Positions 1-14,425 of a stretch of 64,000 bases of DNA are shown here, one piece after another; position 1 is the first letter of the stretch; each line of letters begins with the position of its first letter. Source of the DNA: Bugula neritina (taxonomy: Eukaryota; Animalia; Bryozoa). The stretch covers positions 2,108,001 to 2,172,000 of the forward strand of contig OZ037769.1 in NCBI GenBank assembly GCA_964035545.1, read 5' to 3'. The notes beneath the pieces were generated by a model that searched no databases, was not told the origin of the DNA, and worked only from the letters and a program-made list of their open reading frames with translations. A program made the position numbers and the translations under genes.

Positions 1-762
1 CAATGTGACAGCTAATCAGGAGCATGATGTGTAATCTCTAAAGTTTTTTCTGAATGTAAAAACAGCTGCAATCAGGCAGCTATATAGTAGAATGAATAAA
101 GTTCTTACTATATTTTTGTCATATTGTTAGCTTAAAACTCAAAATATATTGGTTTAGATAATGTTAAATAATTATAATATGCTTGGGTAAGTTTAAAAAG
201 TGATGGCCATAATGCAACTTCATTATAAGAACGTGAATGTTTAAGAAATTATTCACTGCAATTTAAAAAAATTGTGTTGGTTTTGAGTTTCCTATCTCTA
301 TGTGAACCCTTGATGGAGAGAGCTTTTTAAGCAGGTAGAGGATTTTTGCTTTCTGATATCACCCATGGCGCTGCTAAACTTACGCTCCCTTATCTACTGC
401 AATACAACATGTGATGCAAGGAATAAGTATGTAGTTTGACACTATATACTCTAGCCATTTTCTTTTTACTAAATAGACAAGTATAGTGATTAAGTAATAC
501 AAATTATTTCAGTATAGGTGTATTTGGTATTAGGTATACACAATGTATTTTATGTTATAGCAAACCATCTTTAATTGCTAGGTATTGCAAACTGATTCCT
601 CTATAGAAACTCTTTGTGTTCTACAGGCACTATGTTGTAGTTTATTCACTCCCAAAATAATATGTTCATGTATGTTTATACTAAGCCTTCTTGTTGAAAT
701 ATTCCTAAACTCTGCATACTCTACTAAGTGGGGCGCTACTAGATACACCCTATAATCTGTAG

Positions 763-3148
763 GTCTAATCAAGGAGAAACATGGTATAATGGGATACTTT
801 CAGTATGAAGGACTCACTCTATCCTCAACTATTCATAATGAAGATGTGATGAAGTCTATTAGAGATTATGATGACTTCAAACCAGATGATGTTATGCTAG
901 TCACTTATCCAAAGACAGGTGGTTGCTATATGCTTTAACTTTACTCTATTTCTACTGCCCTTTAGCCAAAAGACGAACTTATACTATATGATCGTTATCT
1001 AAATAATAACAGCTTAAATTTAAATGTCTGTTTTAGGAACACACTTTACTATTGGAATAATGACATCTATATATGAAGAAAAGAGGTTGATGACTCCGAA
1101 AAACGCAAACAACCACATGCCCCGTCTTGAAATGCCTCTCTTCTTAGGTAAATCTGGAGGTAATAAATTTTACTATCTTACAATAAAACTACAATAGTTT
1201 ATTATTGAAGTTTCTAAGTTTTTAGACAGTGTATAGATGCTACATTCATATATAGGGAAATACTGTAGAGCAATGCGTAAAATATTCTACAACATATACA
1301 TTGTATCTTTTTATAGTAATCTGAATTATTATATACACAATTCCTAAGATTTGAAAATGAATAATATTATTAAACTTATTGCATATAATAAATTGCCAAT
1401 ACACCAAGGCTGAAGATTTTTCTTTGACTTGTAATAAAAATATCCAAGTATATAGGCCTAATGAACAAAATTGATGTGGTAGAAATTAGAATAAAATTGT
1501 GAAAAATGTTGAGTGAGAAGTTATAATTTAGAATCATTGTTAAAAACATTATGAATCAATAATTAAATCATAGTTTCCTTCAAATAATGCATGTGCTAAT
1601 TTATTTTGATACAGTCTGAGGCTTGTATATACCAGCTTCACTGCAAGAAAAAATACCATTCGCTTTAGTTGTTACATAACTTGTGAGTAAATACTTTCAG
1701 GCAGCAAGAGAAGCAGCGACCCTTTAGCCTTCCTTGACAACATTCCTTCACCACGAGTCATTGTCACTCATCTGCCTTGGAACTTTCTTCCCTCCAGAGT
1801 AAGAGAAGGTAAAGTCAAGGTGAGTGCATGAGGTACGAATTTATTCTTCAGCATCGAGCAAACTTATACAACTACCGCCAATTGTATAGTTTATTTTATT
1901 TTCAATATTATACGCAGGTGATACACTGCATAAGGAACCCAAAGGATACAGTATGCAGCTATTTCCCATTTTTACAAAAAGTGAGAGTTTTAAGTTCTGC
2001 TGTCAGTTGGAAAACTTTCTTTGTTAATTTCATTGAAGGAAAAGGTAGGCACATATCACATTCTTTTGTCGACTGTTAGTAAAGCTTACATAAAATACTA
2101 TAGGAACTATAAATAGCAATAACTAAATTCAAAAGCTTCTTCAGATTTTATGGCTGCATCTATATTTATATATGTTAACAGCTTCAACCTGTATATATAT
2201 ACATTTATAAAATTTCTCGTTCACCTCCTTGAAACTATTGAAACTATGCATTAAAAGCATAATATTTTTTTAAACTTTACACTTATTACAGTTTGTGTAA
2301 TTGCTTCTGCAATATAATCATATACTAGATAAATTTAGTCTAAACAATTGAAAAGCTCAATTGAATATAATTATTATACTTTGTCATGAAAAGCACTTGG
2401 TTATAATATCATGTTCTGCTATAACAATCAAGCTAAGAATAAATTTGTGAGCAGATAATAAACAGCTTCCTTTTTTAGTATTGTATGGGAGTTATGCTCA
2501 CTTTATGAAGGAATGGTATCCATACAGAAACATGGAAACAGTTCTGAATATTCAATATGAGGAAATGAAGGAGGTGGGCCTAATTATTTGTTCTCGCTTT
2601 AAAATTGAAAAAAAGTAGAATAATATAATATAGACCGCTGAGGCTTTCTTTTTTTTCTAGTTTTACTATTTATTATAATATATCGGTCTGTGATTTTAGG
2701 ATTTAGAAAGCAATGTCAGAAAAATAGCAGAGTTTCTGAAACTAGATTTAACAAAAGAGCAGATTTGTAGAGTCACTGAGGCTAATACGTTTGAGAGCAA
2801 GAAGAAAGAGTTTGGAAGAGGCTGTGTCTTTTATAGAAAGGGTATGGTGATCTTGAGTAAATTTACTGTCTGTTATGTCATATATCGTCACATTCTGCTC
2901 TTTTTTGCCAAAGTCACAAAGCTTCGATAAATTTGCTTATAATTGCCTTGCTTGAAAAAAAACTTTAAAAAGTAGCCCTCCATTAAAATTCTAAACATAA
3001 TATCGAGTGCTGATTGTAATACATGCATGCAGGTAAGAGTGGAGGATGGAAAGCTGAGTTGACTGTAGAACAAAATGAAGTTATGGATGAATGGATAAAC
3101 ACAGAATTGGATGGATTGGAAGACTTGAAACTGGAATATGGAGAATAA
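763..3148 (+). CDS. Cytosolic-type sulfotransferase, copy 1 (5'-partial; exon 1 probably lies before the window). Exons 763-918, 1037-1147, 1701-1819, 1918-2044, 2479-2573, 2700-2841, 3033-3148
   Basis: Spliced frame gives the 5'-PSB loop TYPKTGTHF, catalytic His in RVIVTHLPW, the 3'-PB motif IRNPKDTVCS and C-terminal RKGKSGGWKAELTVEQNE (RKG plus KxxxTVxxxE dimerisation motif). All junctions are GT-AG and phase-compatible; stop TAA at 3146-3148. Confidence 0.93.
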
Positions 3149-3694
3149 ATCTAATGAAATTGTATTCTAGCATTTATATAGGTTAATAAACCTGGTGTGC
3201 TTAAAAATTAGCAAAAATGCAGACTAATAATAAAGCATATAATTTTAATGTTTGGAATAATTTTAAATATTCAACAAGTATTTATACTGATATGACCAAA
3301 TCCAATCAACTCATACTTGTACTGTAGTATATATTGTTATGGTGTGCATACAGTTGCATTTTTAAACCGTCTATAACTATAATATTTTCAACGTATATAT
3401 AATAAGCTTTGTTTCTACTATATTTCATATAGGAATGTTTTGAGTAGAAATCCAGAAAACAAAGACATTATTTTACCATGTTTATGCAATACAATCTAAG
3501 TTTTAAACATGCAGCAGTTTACTAGACAATAGCCTTGTCAAGTCTGACGCAGTTTGTGGTAGTCTGTTGAAAGTGATTCTATACGTGAGTTATTAGATCT
3601 GATGTTAGGGAGAGCACAATCTCTAACATGACAGTAACATATTATTGGGCAGATTATAGAAGGAAAAGTATTTCAACATTATAGCTTTGCTTAA

Positions 3695-3830
3695 GAGTAG
3701 TGACTGCATATGGACTATTATAGGGGTAGTGACTATAAGCTGTAGGGGAGTGACTATAGTAGATAGGAGTATAGTGACTATGAGCTATAAGAGTATAGTG
3801 ACCATGAACTATAGGGGTAGTTACTATGGA
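3695..3830. repeat. Degenerate ~20-bp tandem repeat built on GTGACTAT
   Basis: Recurring atag(ggg)tagtgactat units between the convergent 3' ends of SULT copies 1 and 2. Confidence 0.7.
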
Positions 3831-4541
3831 CAATTGCAGGGAGTTCAAAGGTTAGCAGATAAATCAAATTTAGCTTTTTATTACAACAAACAAGCTGAGA
3901 AGCTAAAAATGTAAACCAGCACTTAGCACTTTACTTATTTGGTGCTTTAATTTATTACACAATGTGTTCAGAGTGTTGCAGAGGCTACGTAATTGGCTGA
4001 AAGCACAGCAAAGGCCATGAATTACCATCAATCTTTCTACAATATTCATGAAACTGTTTCTTTTATACTTATCATCTTAAAAATAACTTGCTAAATATAG
4101 TTTAAAATTATAACTTTTTATTCATCATATTGCGATTATAGTTTTAGCCAGTATCAATTCCAATTTCTAGTTTTAAAGTCTCTCTAACACAAACATTAAT
4201 GTGCCAATTGTATAAGAAATTAGTTGCACATCATGAAGGAAACTTGAATGACAAAACCAGTATCTTTGTAGTATGATTAATGTTTGATGATATTTTTTAC
4301 CAAAAAGTGCCCCATTAAATTTTTTAGGTAGTCCAACCATGTTTATCTTGTTCTTTTTAAAAAGTAGTTTCTCAAGTTATGAGAAGTTAAATCCTGGTTG
4401 GTTTTGATGGCCTAATTGTATGAAAACTATTTATTCAAGTTTCAGATATACTTGATTGCATTTGGTGATGCCTCTTTAATAACAGCTTAGATTAATTGTT
4501 TTGCAAAAGAAGGTGTCAAAAGAGAAGATCATCATTTATTT

Positions 4542-7500
4542 CTATTTATTTCCATATTTCAGTTCCAAATCTTTCAATCCACCCAACTCTGTTTTTATCC
4601 ATTCATCCATAACTTCATTCTGTTCTACAGTCAGCTCAGCTTTCCATCCTCCACTTTTACCTGCAGAATCAGCCAGCTACAGTGATTGTATTATATGCAG
4701 ACTATTATAGTTACATTATGACTACATAACATAATATCCCATAAATTAAGAGCCTTTATATGTATCTATGTAATGCCAACTGTTCTGTGAGAGTATTTAT
4801 CATCCTCTTAAAAAAAAATAAAAGGTGAAGTCTATCTTTGTCAAAAAAATAAACATACAGATAGCACTCATCATATCTTCATGTTATTCACATTATATTA
4901 TGTGACTTGAAAACCTACATAGACTCTGGTTATTAATTTGCCACAGCCTTTTGTCTAAGTTAAAGTGCCATTGAGATTGTTTACTTGCACAAAATAATTC
5001 TGATCAATATTCTACTCCGCAAGTGGGTAATTTGCAATTCAAAATTAAAAAGTTGGAATTTTGAGTAAGTCCTAACTAGTAGCTATAGCAACTATGAAGC
5101 TAATTATATAAAAGCATAAAAACTGTATGCATGTCAATATGTATCACCCTTAAGGAGGAAGGTGTGACAGCACGTATGCCTCTCAAGATAATTGTTACCG
5201 TGTCAGCGAGAGTGCAGGCTACAGAGCTCAACCTTTTGCCTAATGCTCACAGTTTATTTTTCTCACACAACTTAAACTGTAACTTATAACCGTAAAAAAC
5301 ATCTTGTTAAATTAACATTAATCAACATTTCTGACAGAATTTTTAATTAATGAAGTTGAAAACAAAAGATAGTATAATATTTACAATTGTTTGGACAATA
5401 AAGTTTAAGTTGCCTGCATCTTTTACAAGAGGAAAATTGAGCTGTACTGACTCAATAAAGAAAAACTACCAGTAAAAACCTATTGCAAAAGCTTTCACAA
5501 AAAGCTTTCTTCAAACAATCAAAAAGCTCCTGCAACGGAAGGTGTCTGATTTCTTCAAAGGAAAGCATTCCATTTAGTAAAAATGCTATGCAAACCTTGT
5601 GAGAACCATGTAGCAAAACGATATAAACTTTCCTCCAAAAGAAATATAATAATGTTGCTATAGTTACCCAATCTGTATAACATATGGCCCTTTCCAGCCT
5701 CCCGTTTCTTATTTTCAAATGTATTAGCTTTGGAAATCTTTCTGATTTGTTCTTCTGTCAATTTTATGTCAAGAAACTGAGCAATTTTCCTTACACTGTT
5801 TTCCAAGTTCTAAAAATAAGAAACTAGTTAAAATCAAATAATAAATAACAATAGTGTATTACATAATATATATTAGTTGAATGTTTATGGGTATAATATA
5901 ATTTTAGCTTACTTCTTTCATTTCTTCAAACTGAATATTTAACACATTAGCCAAGTTTCTGTATGGATACCATTTCCTCATATAGCTCGTGTAACTGCCA
6001 TACAGCACTGCAAAAAGTTAAATGAAGCAAAGGAGCATTATTACATACTGTAGTCTATTTAGGCATATATAGTTCATTGTTATCAAAGACTGGATGAAAC
6101 AATGGTTAGATATATTTACCATTTCCATCAATGAAATAGTTAACGAATCTGCCCCAAGTCGTATCGGGTGTTAGGAGTCTCAGTTTATGGAGAAACGAGT
6201 AATAACTGCAGACTATATCCTTTGGATTCCTTATGCAGTGAATTATCTTGTAAATAACAAAAATATTACAATAAATAGACAGTATAGATAGTTTCAAAAT
6301 TAGAATCAGCAACATGGATTATATAGATTATGAATTTGTATACTGCAGTATACTCACGAGTAACTTCTATTTCTTTTTGAAAAAAATCCATTTAATTTTC
6401 AAGTGTGTACATTTACTAAAATTTCTATGTATGATGCTGCGTTGATCACATAAATCATTATTGACAGACAGGTCTAAAGCTATGTATTTGTAGCATATAA
6501 CTCACTTTAGCTTTGGCTCCTACATTGGAAGAGAGGATGTCCCAGGGCAGGTGAGTTTTTAAAATACGAGGACTCTGTAGACTTCTTATGTGAACCAAAG
6601 GGTCTTCACTTGCACTGTCAGCTGCACCAGAAATAGTAAACGTAATATTGTGTTCTGCCGTGGTAATACTGATTGTCTTAAAATAATATGACCTAAATAA
6701 TACCATCCTTTTTATTATCTGCATGGCATACATTCTCAAAGTTTGTTAGAAAAAATGCTAATTTTTTGCAAACTGCTCAATATAATATAATATAATTATA
6801 CTAATCAGCATGTTTCATAGCTGTGTTATATGTAGCTCACTGTAACTCAACAGCATAATATGAGTATAACTTACTATATGGCAACAGCTTGTGTCACACT
6901 GCTGTGTTACTGTTAGCCCAAGTGCTTCTTATAGTTAAAGTAGTCAGTATTAACAACTTATTATTTATAGCTGAGGTGTGTAGACATTAGCTTTCTTAGT
7001 AGCAGTCTACCTTTTCTAATTCCTAGTCCAAAAGATGAGGGTGGCTTCATTTCTATATCTAATGCATGGGCTACTGGCAGCACATCAGGAGCAATCAGGC
7101 CTTTCTCCTTATAGATGGACATGATTATTCCCACAGTAAAATTTGTTCCTAAAACGCAGAGAGAAAAAGCATTTTTTATAAAATAAATATAAAATGCTGT
7201 AATATAAAGCATAAAATATGTGTATTGTATTCATAAGCTTTCAAAAGTTGTACCCGCTTTAGGATAGGCAGCAAGGATGACATCATCTGGTTTAAAGTCA
7301 GTAAACCCAACAGCAGCGTCAATCATACGTTCAGTATGAAGATTTCGGGACCAACCAATTCCATTCTTTTCAAAGTGGCCAACTAATCCATATTTCACTT
7401 TTAAAACACCTAGAAAATGAGTGTATGAAACTGGCTTTGTAAAGCTAAAAACTTTTAACCCGAGTATGTACACATGCAGCACACAAACAAAACACACAGT

Positions 7501-8309
7501 AGACATAAATGTTGCAGCTTAAAAAAAAACAATTGCTTGCTGCTATAATAGAAAGTTTCAAGTTGTATCTTTAATGCAAAGTGATATTCTTATCACTCTA
7601 ACATTAGTTACAGTTTGTTATTCAAAGGAAAAAAATAACTGCATTAAATATTTTTAAATGTTCAATATTTTCAACTTTAAATTAGTCATTATTACATTAT
7701 AATATTATAGTATCCTTTACCACTTGTAATTTGCATATCATTTATTCTTTTTCTGCAGTTTCAATCATTCATCTCCAATTATCAATAATTCATTATTTCA
7801 TTCAATTTATGTTGCATGTCTATTTATCTTGAGACTTGTGTTAAACATATAATTAGGTACATATTCCAAGTGTAATCAGCTAGTATATATATATATATAT
7901 GCAATTGGTTAGTACTTTAGTAAGAGAGTAGCAATGTAAATACCACAATTCAATTAGTTTGCGTGTGCAGTGTTTTGTTGCTAGGGTTACCGTACATCTA
8001 TTTTTCAACTCTGACTTTATAAGTAGCCTTCAAGTGAGAAATGATGTATTGTAGTGCAGAGACTAATACATTTAGAGTATTTGCACTTTGGTTTTATCTG
8101 ATAAAAGAAAAATTGTTTAATTTAGAGCTTTTTATTAAACATGTGCTTCAAGCTTCATGTATCTAACTTGCTACTGCGATAATTTGTAATATTCAGAAAA
8201 TAAAAGTTTAATCCTTACCTAGTTTTACCTTGAAAGAGTCTATCCAGGAGTTAATATAGAGAAGAAAGAGTAGAAAATAGTTTCTAAAGGTGTTTTTTAC
8301 TGCCATCAT
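4542..8309 (-). CDS. Cytosolic-type sulfotransferase, copy 2 (most divergent paralogue), 8 exons; exon 1 8309-8219, exon 2 7409-7254
   Basis: AYPKAGTNF, PRILKTHLPW, IRNPKDIVCS, LYGSYTSYMRKW, YRLGKSGGWKAELTVEQNE; same exon phases and same 156-nt exon 2 as the other copies; stop TAG at 4544-4542. Confidence 0.92.
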
Positions 8310-9075
8310 TAATGGCCTTCTCATGCAGTCACCAAAGTGTTCAACCCCTTGGAGCAAAAGAGCTATAACTGAAGTAATCCTGCCTACAGTAAGCAAATAT
8401 TACTGCTGAAATATTAGCAATTACTAGGCGACACTCGAAGGAAACAGTCCAACTTGTTTGATTAATGACAAAAATATGTTGAGTTCAATCCCCAGGCACT
8501 ACACATCAAGAGTAAAGTTGTCTTTGTTTAACCTTTGACCAATTGAATTAATTGATTTGCTAACTAGACTGCATTCTAAACAAAGCCTGTTTTAGATATA
8601 ACTAGCTAATAGTATGTAAAAAAGCTTCCCAATGAAATAATTACTAGTATAACTCTTTAAACAAGTTATCGTAGGAGCTAAGTCAGAGCATTGCCACATG
8701 TGTGCGTTTATAGCGTTCTGTCATAAGAGAAAGGGTTAAGATGTTAATTACGAATACTACAACTGAATGATGGATATTCAACTGATTGGTAAACAATCAA
8801 GCAGCTCACATACCTCATGATTACTTGTGGTATGCCATGAAGCCACAAAATTAAAGAAAGTCATTAGACTCTGGTTATTATTAGGTACCACAGAGAAAAA
8901 CACTTGAGGTGCAGTAAAGCAAAAATTTTTAAAAATCTTTGATTTAGAGCAGAACACAAACTTGAGCCTAAAACTTATTCAAAAGTTAAAAATTTAGACT
9001 GTTAAACTTGCTATGCTGCTGCCTCAGCTAAGAACATGCAATATTACCATCCCAGTGTGCTGCATGATATAGTGC

Positions 9076-9336
<261 letters not shown>

Positions 9337-10133
9337 AATCAGCTACATTGTATATAGTTACTATGCCCACATATACTTGATGCTAGAATATCTTGTTTTT
9401 ACAATATATTGTAAGCATTGGTCACCACTATACCTATAACATGAACTAACAGGATAGCTCAAGAGTTATTTAGAAGTTGTGCTCTCTTTTATACCATCTC
9501 TAATAGCTCACATAGGACTTGAACCACCAGGCCATCACAAACCATGTCAGACCAGATCCTGTCCAGTATGCTATTGTTTGAAACTTATAGACTATTGCCT
9601 GAATAATGCAAAATAAAACAAGTGTTTTAGTTTATAATTTATTGCTAAAGACACTCTTTTCATATATAATGAGCATGCAAGTCCAATTTATCACAGTTTA
9701 CATAGCCGAGCTAATAACAAGATAAATAATCATCTTTAAAAACAACACAATATGCTTAACATTAATTTAAATCTTGATTATAGAAAACTATCTAATTATT
9801 ATTTAGTGTATTATATAGACTATCTCGCTGTCCGAACAGGACAAAGCATAGATAGGTGAGAATAGGTGAGAATAGTATATATAGACTATGATGGTTACCA
9901 TAGAAACAAGTAAATAGTGTATATTGACATATTTTCTGTTTGAGCGGCATCTCCCATGACTTCTACAGGCTGATTTTGTGTTAGAGATACATAAGCGACA
10001 CCATTAAAACATAAAATGTTGTGAAAGGTATTAGAAAATGCAAATATGTGCACTAAATTTCTAATAAATACAGAAATAATAAAATATTTGGTTGCATTGT
10101 CATAAGTATAAGCATATTATGATAGCATTAGAT

Positions 10134-13100
10134 TTATTCTCCATATTTAAGTTTCAAGTCTTCCATTCCATCCAACTCTGTTTTTATCCATTCATCCATA
10201 ATTTCATTCTGTTCCACAGTCAACTCAGCTTTCCATCCTCCACTCTTACCTGCATGTATTATAATCTATATTTATATATTTTAAATTTTAACATAAGACT
10301 GCTTCTGTAATTTATTGCTACAAAATACACTAATTTAAAAAAGAAAATTCTATGTTTAAAAATTAGACAAATATTATTAGTTTGATATTTATTACACAAA
10401 TAGTTTCAGGTTTGTATTAGGTATATATCAGATACAGAGAAAATAGTCAACTGTAATTAGCAAGAATATGTGCATCGGATCCCGTTACCGACTGTTAGTA
10501 AAAACCTGCTGTAAAAGTTTCAGAAAGCTTTTACAATATTCAAAAACTATAAATGCCGACACATAAAATATATTTTTGTTGTAAATACAGCAGCTCTGTT
10601 TGAAGACAGCTATCTTCGTCTTGCAGAACTGCTAAACCTAGCATATAGCTTTTCTCAGAAGAGAGACCGTTTAAACTTTAGTGAAATTTTACTGATTTAT
10701 TTTGAATATACAAATCTTTTGCTCAAGATTACTTACCCTGTCTATAAATAACATGACCCCTACCGGCCTCTTTCTTCTTGCTCTCAAATGTGTTAGCCTC
10801 AGCTACTCTACGAATCTGCTCTTCTGTTAATTCTACTCCCAGAAACTCTGCTATTCTTCTTACATTTCCTTCTAAATCCTAAAATCAAGTTGATATATAT
10901 ATTAGTAGTATTCCAGAAAATACTTATAGATAAAAAATGAATTATGTTATAATGGGTTTTTATCATCAAACTCGTAAATTAAAAAATACCAAGAAGAAAT
11001 AGTCAAACTCACATGTTTCATTTCTTCAAACTGAATATTCAATACATTTTCCATGTTTCTGTATGGATACCATGCCTTCATAAAGTGAGCATAACTCCCA
11101 TACAATACTAAAATATGAAAGGTGATTTTTAGTCAAGTATAATTTGCAACTAACATAATGAAACGCCCAATATAAAATCTTCTCCCAATGTTATACAGAT
11201 ATACACTAATTATCAAAAATATGCTTTTAAATTTAGCAAACAATTATTATTTGAGCTATGTTTGTATTAGATTGAGGTCATCTACAAGTTTTATGCAATA
11301 AACCCTCTTGATAAAACAATTAAGCATGATTTAAACTATACCTTTGCCTATATTATTTAAGCAAATTTTATTTTAATAATGTGGTGTCATTGCACATAAT
11401 AAGGTTAACTGGAAGTTCTGTTGAAACTAGATTGACATAAATTGTAAAGTTAATTAACATGTTAGCATATATATATACTATTACAATAGTTGGTAAATAA
11501 AGAGGGATTAACCTTTGAACTCAGCATGAAAACTACGGTTATCTATAGTTACAGCAGATAAGCTTTGCCAAAGTGAGCAGTATATATACCTTTTCCCTCA
11601 ATAAAATTGGTAAAGAAAGTTTTCCAGCTGGTGGCAGAATTTAGAACTCTCATTTTCTTTAAGAATGGGAAATAGCTGCAGACTGTATCCTTTGGATTTC
11701 TCATACAGTGAACTACCTGTCCAATACAATATAATATAATGTAATATAATATAATATAATGTAATATAGTACAATATAATATATAGTATAATGCAGTATA
11801 ATATGATTTATTATAAAACAATATTATGTAATGTAATATATTACAATACAGTATAATATGATACAATACAACATAATATAGGATAATATAATATTAACTA
11901 ATGATAGGATATAAGATAGTAATATATTAATATGGTATGATGTAGATGATATGATATCATAATATATAATATTTTAGATAATATGATCACCTGTATACAA
12001 GATTGTATGCTATAAAAAGACATAATTATATGTGTTATGATATATTATGAAATATGAGATAATATAATATAGCTAAATGATAAAGGTTATAATATATAGT
12101 AAACTGCAAACCAGAAATATGATTTTCTACATGCAGCTACAATTACTCTGCATGTCCTGCCCTTGCTAAATATAAACTGGCATGCAGCTAAAGTCATACT
12201 AAGTTTCTCACCTTTACTTTACCTTCTCTTACTTTGGAGGGAAGAAAGTTCCAAGGCAAATGAGTGACAACAATTCGTGGGGTAGGATTGTTGTCAAGGT
12301 GAGCTAAGGGGTGGCTGCCTTTCTTGCTGCCTGGCAATATTGTAATCACAAGTTATGTAACAGCTAAAGGAATTGCTATTCTTTCTTGCAGTGAAGCTAT
12401 AAGTTTAAACCTTAGAATTTATAAAATTAAAATAGCACATGTTATTTGTTATAATTATAGAATATGTAGCGAAATATCTAATTTTTTAGTTCATGTTAAT
12501 TAGTTTCAGCATTTTCACAATTTTCACTCCATAAATTAATTTTAACTGCATTTTCTCAAAGTTAGATTTTATCACAAACATCTCTGGTAGTGGTGTAAAA
12601 TATAACATAACATATACGCAATTGTTCTTGCCTTATTTATGATAAAATATTACCTAATTTAGACTCAAATGAAACTATAGCAGAATTTATATAAACAGAT
12701 CGAAAATTACAGTAAAAGTTACTAAATATTTTCTTGCCTTTTCTATTATATGCTACATACTCATATACCCTGCTAAGCGTTGTTTATATTCGAGTTTTCT
12801 TTTGGTGTAAAACGGGAATTTTAAAACTTGCAGCTTTACCTGTAAAGATGGGCATTTCCAGACTATTCATGTGATCTCGTGGGTTTTTGGAAGTTATCAA
12901 ACCTTTCTCTTCATAAATAGAAGACATTATTCCAGCAGTAAAATGTGTCCCTAAAATAGACATTCAAATCTATTTGGTCAATAGTTATACATACCTCACC
13001 TTAGACATAGGTTAGTATTTTGTTTAAAGACTGTAAAGTTGACTGAAGTTAAGGTAAAGTTAGCAATAACCTGTCTTTGGATAAGTCACTAGGATAACAT

Positions 13101-14189
13101 CATCTGGGTTGAAGCCATCATAATCTCTAATAGACTTCATCAGATCTTCATTATGAATAGTTGAAGATAGAGTGAGTCCTTCATACTGAAAGTATCCCAT
13201 TATGCCATGTTTCTCCTTGATTAAACCTACAGATTATAGGGTGTATCTAGTAGAGCCCCACTTAGTAGAGTATGCAGAGTTTAGGAATATTTCATCAAGA
13301 AGGCTTGTGTGACATTATGCAGACATGAATATATTTTGAAGTGAATGACTTACAACTTATTGCAGTATATATAATAGAAGGAGCACGCATGAGTGGATTA
13401 GGTAAGTGAACAGCCCTTGCTTATAACATTGTTTCTGTATAATACAAAGAATGCCTATATACTGAAATAACTTATAGTGATTACTAGATATGCATAAATG
13501 AGGTTTCATACTTAGCAGTGAACACACTTATTAAGCAGTGTTATACACTCAATCAACATTCACGTACACCCTGCAGCATTCACCATAATTCTCCCAACTA
13601 TTCATTTTTCAACTTTACACAAATTGAAACTACGTTGAGTTTAATGCGCATGATCCTGTCATAAGACTGCACATAGCGACAATTTTGTTCATATACTTCA
13701 GCTATTTACAGACTACTTAAAATACAGCTATATTTTTGCATCTAAAACTTTCTAAAGACATTGATTGGTTTTAGTAATTGTAAGTTGCAGCTTTAATTTA
13801 TCTAGAAATAAAAGTAACTAACAAAACCAGGCATGTAGTGCGCAGTACGCAACTAAACTTGCTATACTGTAAAGATCAATTAATTGTTATAGCCTACTAT
13901 AAAAGGAAAATGACAGTTATGTACCAAAAGCAAATTATATTTTACAAATGATGGTCTATATTATTTCCCAAATTAAACTATAATATAATGATTAATATAA
14001 ATATGTCCAAGAAACAACTTGCATATACCTTCAGATTCAAAGCTGCAGTTGATAGAATTTGATTGAATAAAGAATCGCAGCTATTTGTTAGCAAAACTTA
14101 CCCAACTTTAACTTTATACGATTTATCCACCACTTGAAGAAGATCACCATGCGCATGAGCAAGTTCTTTAAGGTGTTCACTACTACCAT
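10134..14189 (-). CDS. Cytosolic-type sulfotransferase, copy 3, 8 exons; exon 1 14189-14102, exon 2 13226-13071
   Basis: Exon 1 MVVVNTLKNLLMRMVIFFKWWINRIKLKL-G (88 nt, GTAAG donor); TYPKTGTHF, IVVTHLPW, MRNPKDTVCS, YRQGKSGGWKAELTVEQNE; stop TAA at 10136-10134. Confidence 0.92.
11725..11975. repeat. (AATAT)n-like low-complexity tract next to a SULT copy 3 splice acceptor; equivalent tract at ~18275-18505 in copy 4
   Basis: Degenerate pentamer repeats ataat/atatg. Confidence 0.8.
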
Positions 14190-14306
14190 TTTAACCGTGC
14201 TTCTATGATAAACTGTCATAGGAAAATATTATGCAGCTAACGGTCTGTACTGCTTTTTATATAGGTTTTTAGGCTATGTACCTACAACCATTGAATGATA
14301 AGCTCA

Positions 14307-14425
14307 GGGGCGGGCTTTGAGCTGGCCCTTATTGCTTTACCTATGATAACAAACTTGATTGGCTGAGTGAACTTATATAATATGATTGCGTTGATGTCTA
14401 ACACGTGGAGGGGTCATGGAATGGG
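14307..14425 (-). promoter_or_regulatory. Putative proximal promoter of SULT copy 3 (GC box, CCAAT box, E-box CACGTG at 14402-14407)
   Basis: GGGCGGG, GATTGG and AACACGTGGAG lie 120-220 nt upstream of the ATG, in the same order as upstream of copy 4. Confidence 0.55.

Noticed and set aside
99-192. Candidate exon 1 of SULT copy 1 (TTGG|GTAAGT at 186)
   Set aside because: In-frame TAA at 165-167 and no similarity to the conserved exon-1 peptide; paralogue intron lengths place exon 1 before the window
672-762. In-frame MFILSLLVEIFLN..TL* leader before SULT copy 1 exon 2, suggesting stop read-through
   Set aside because: The ATG is not conserved in copies 3 and 4, stop positions differ, and the paralogues use a real upstream exon spliced at this AG
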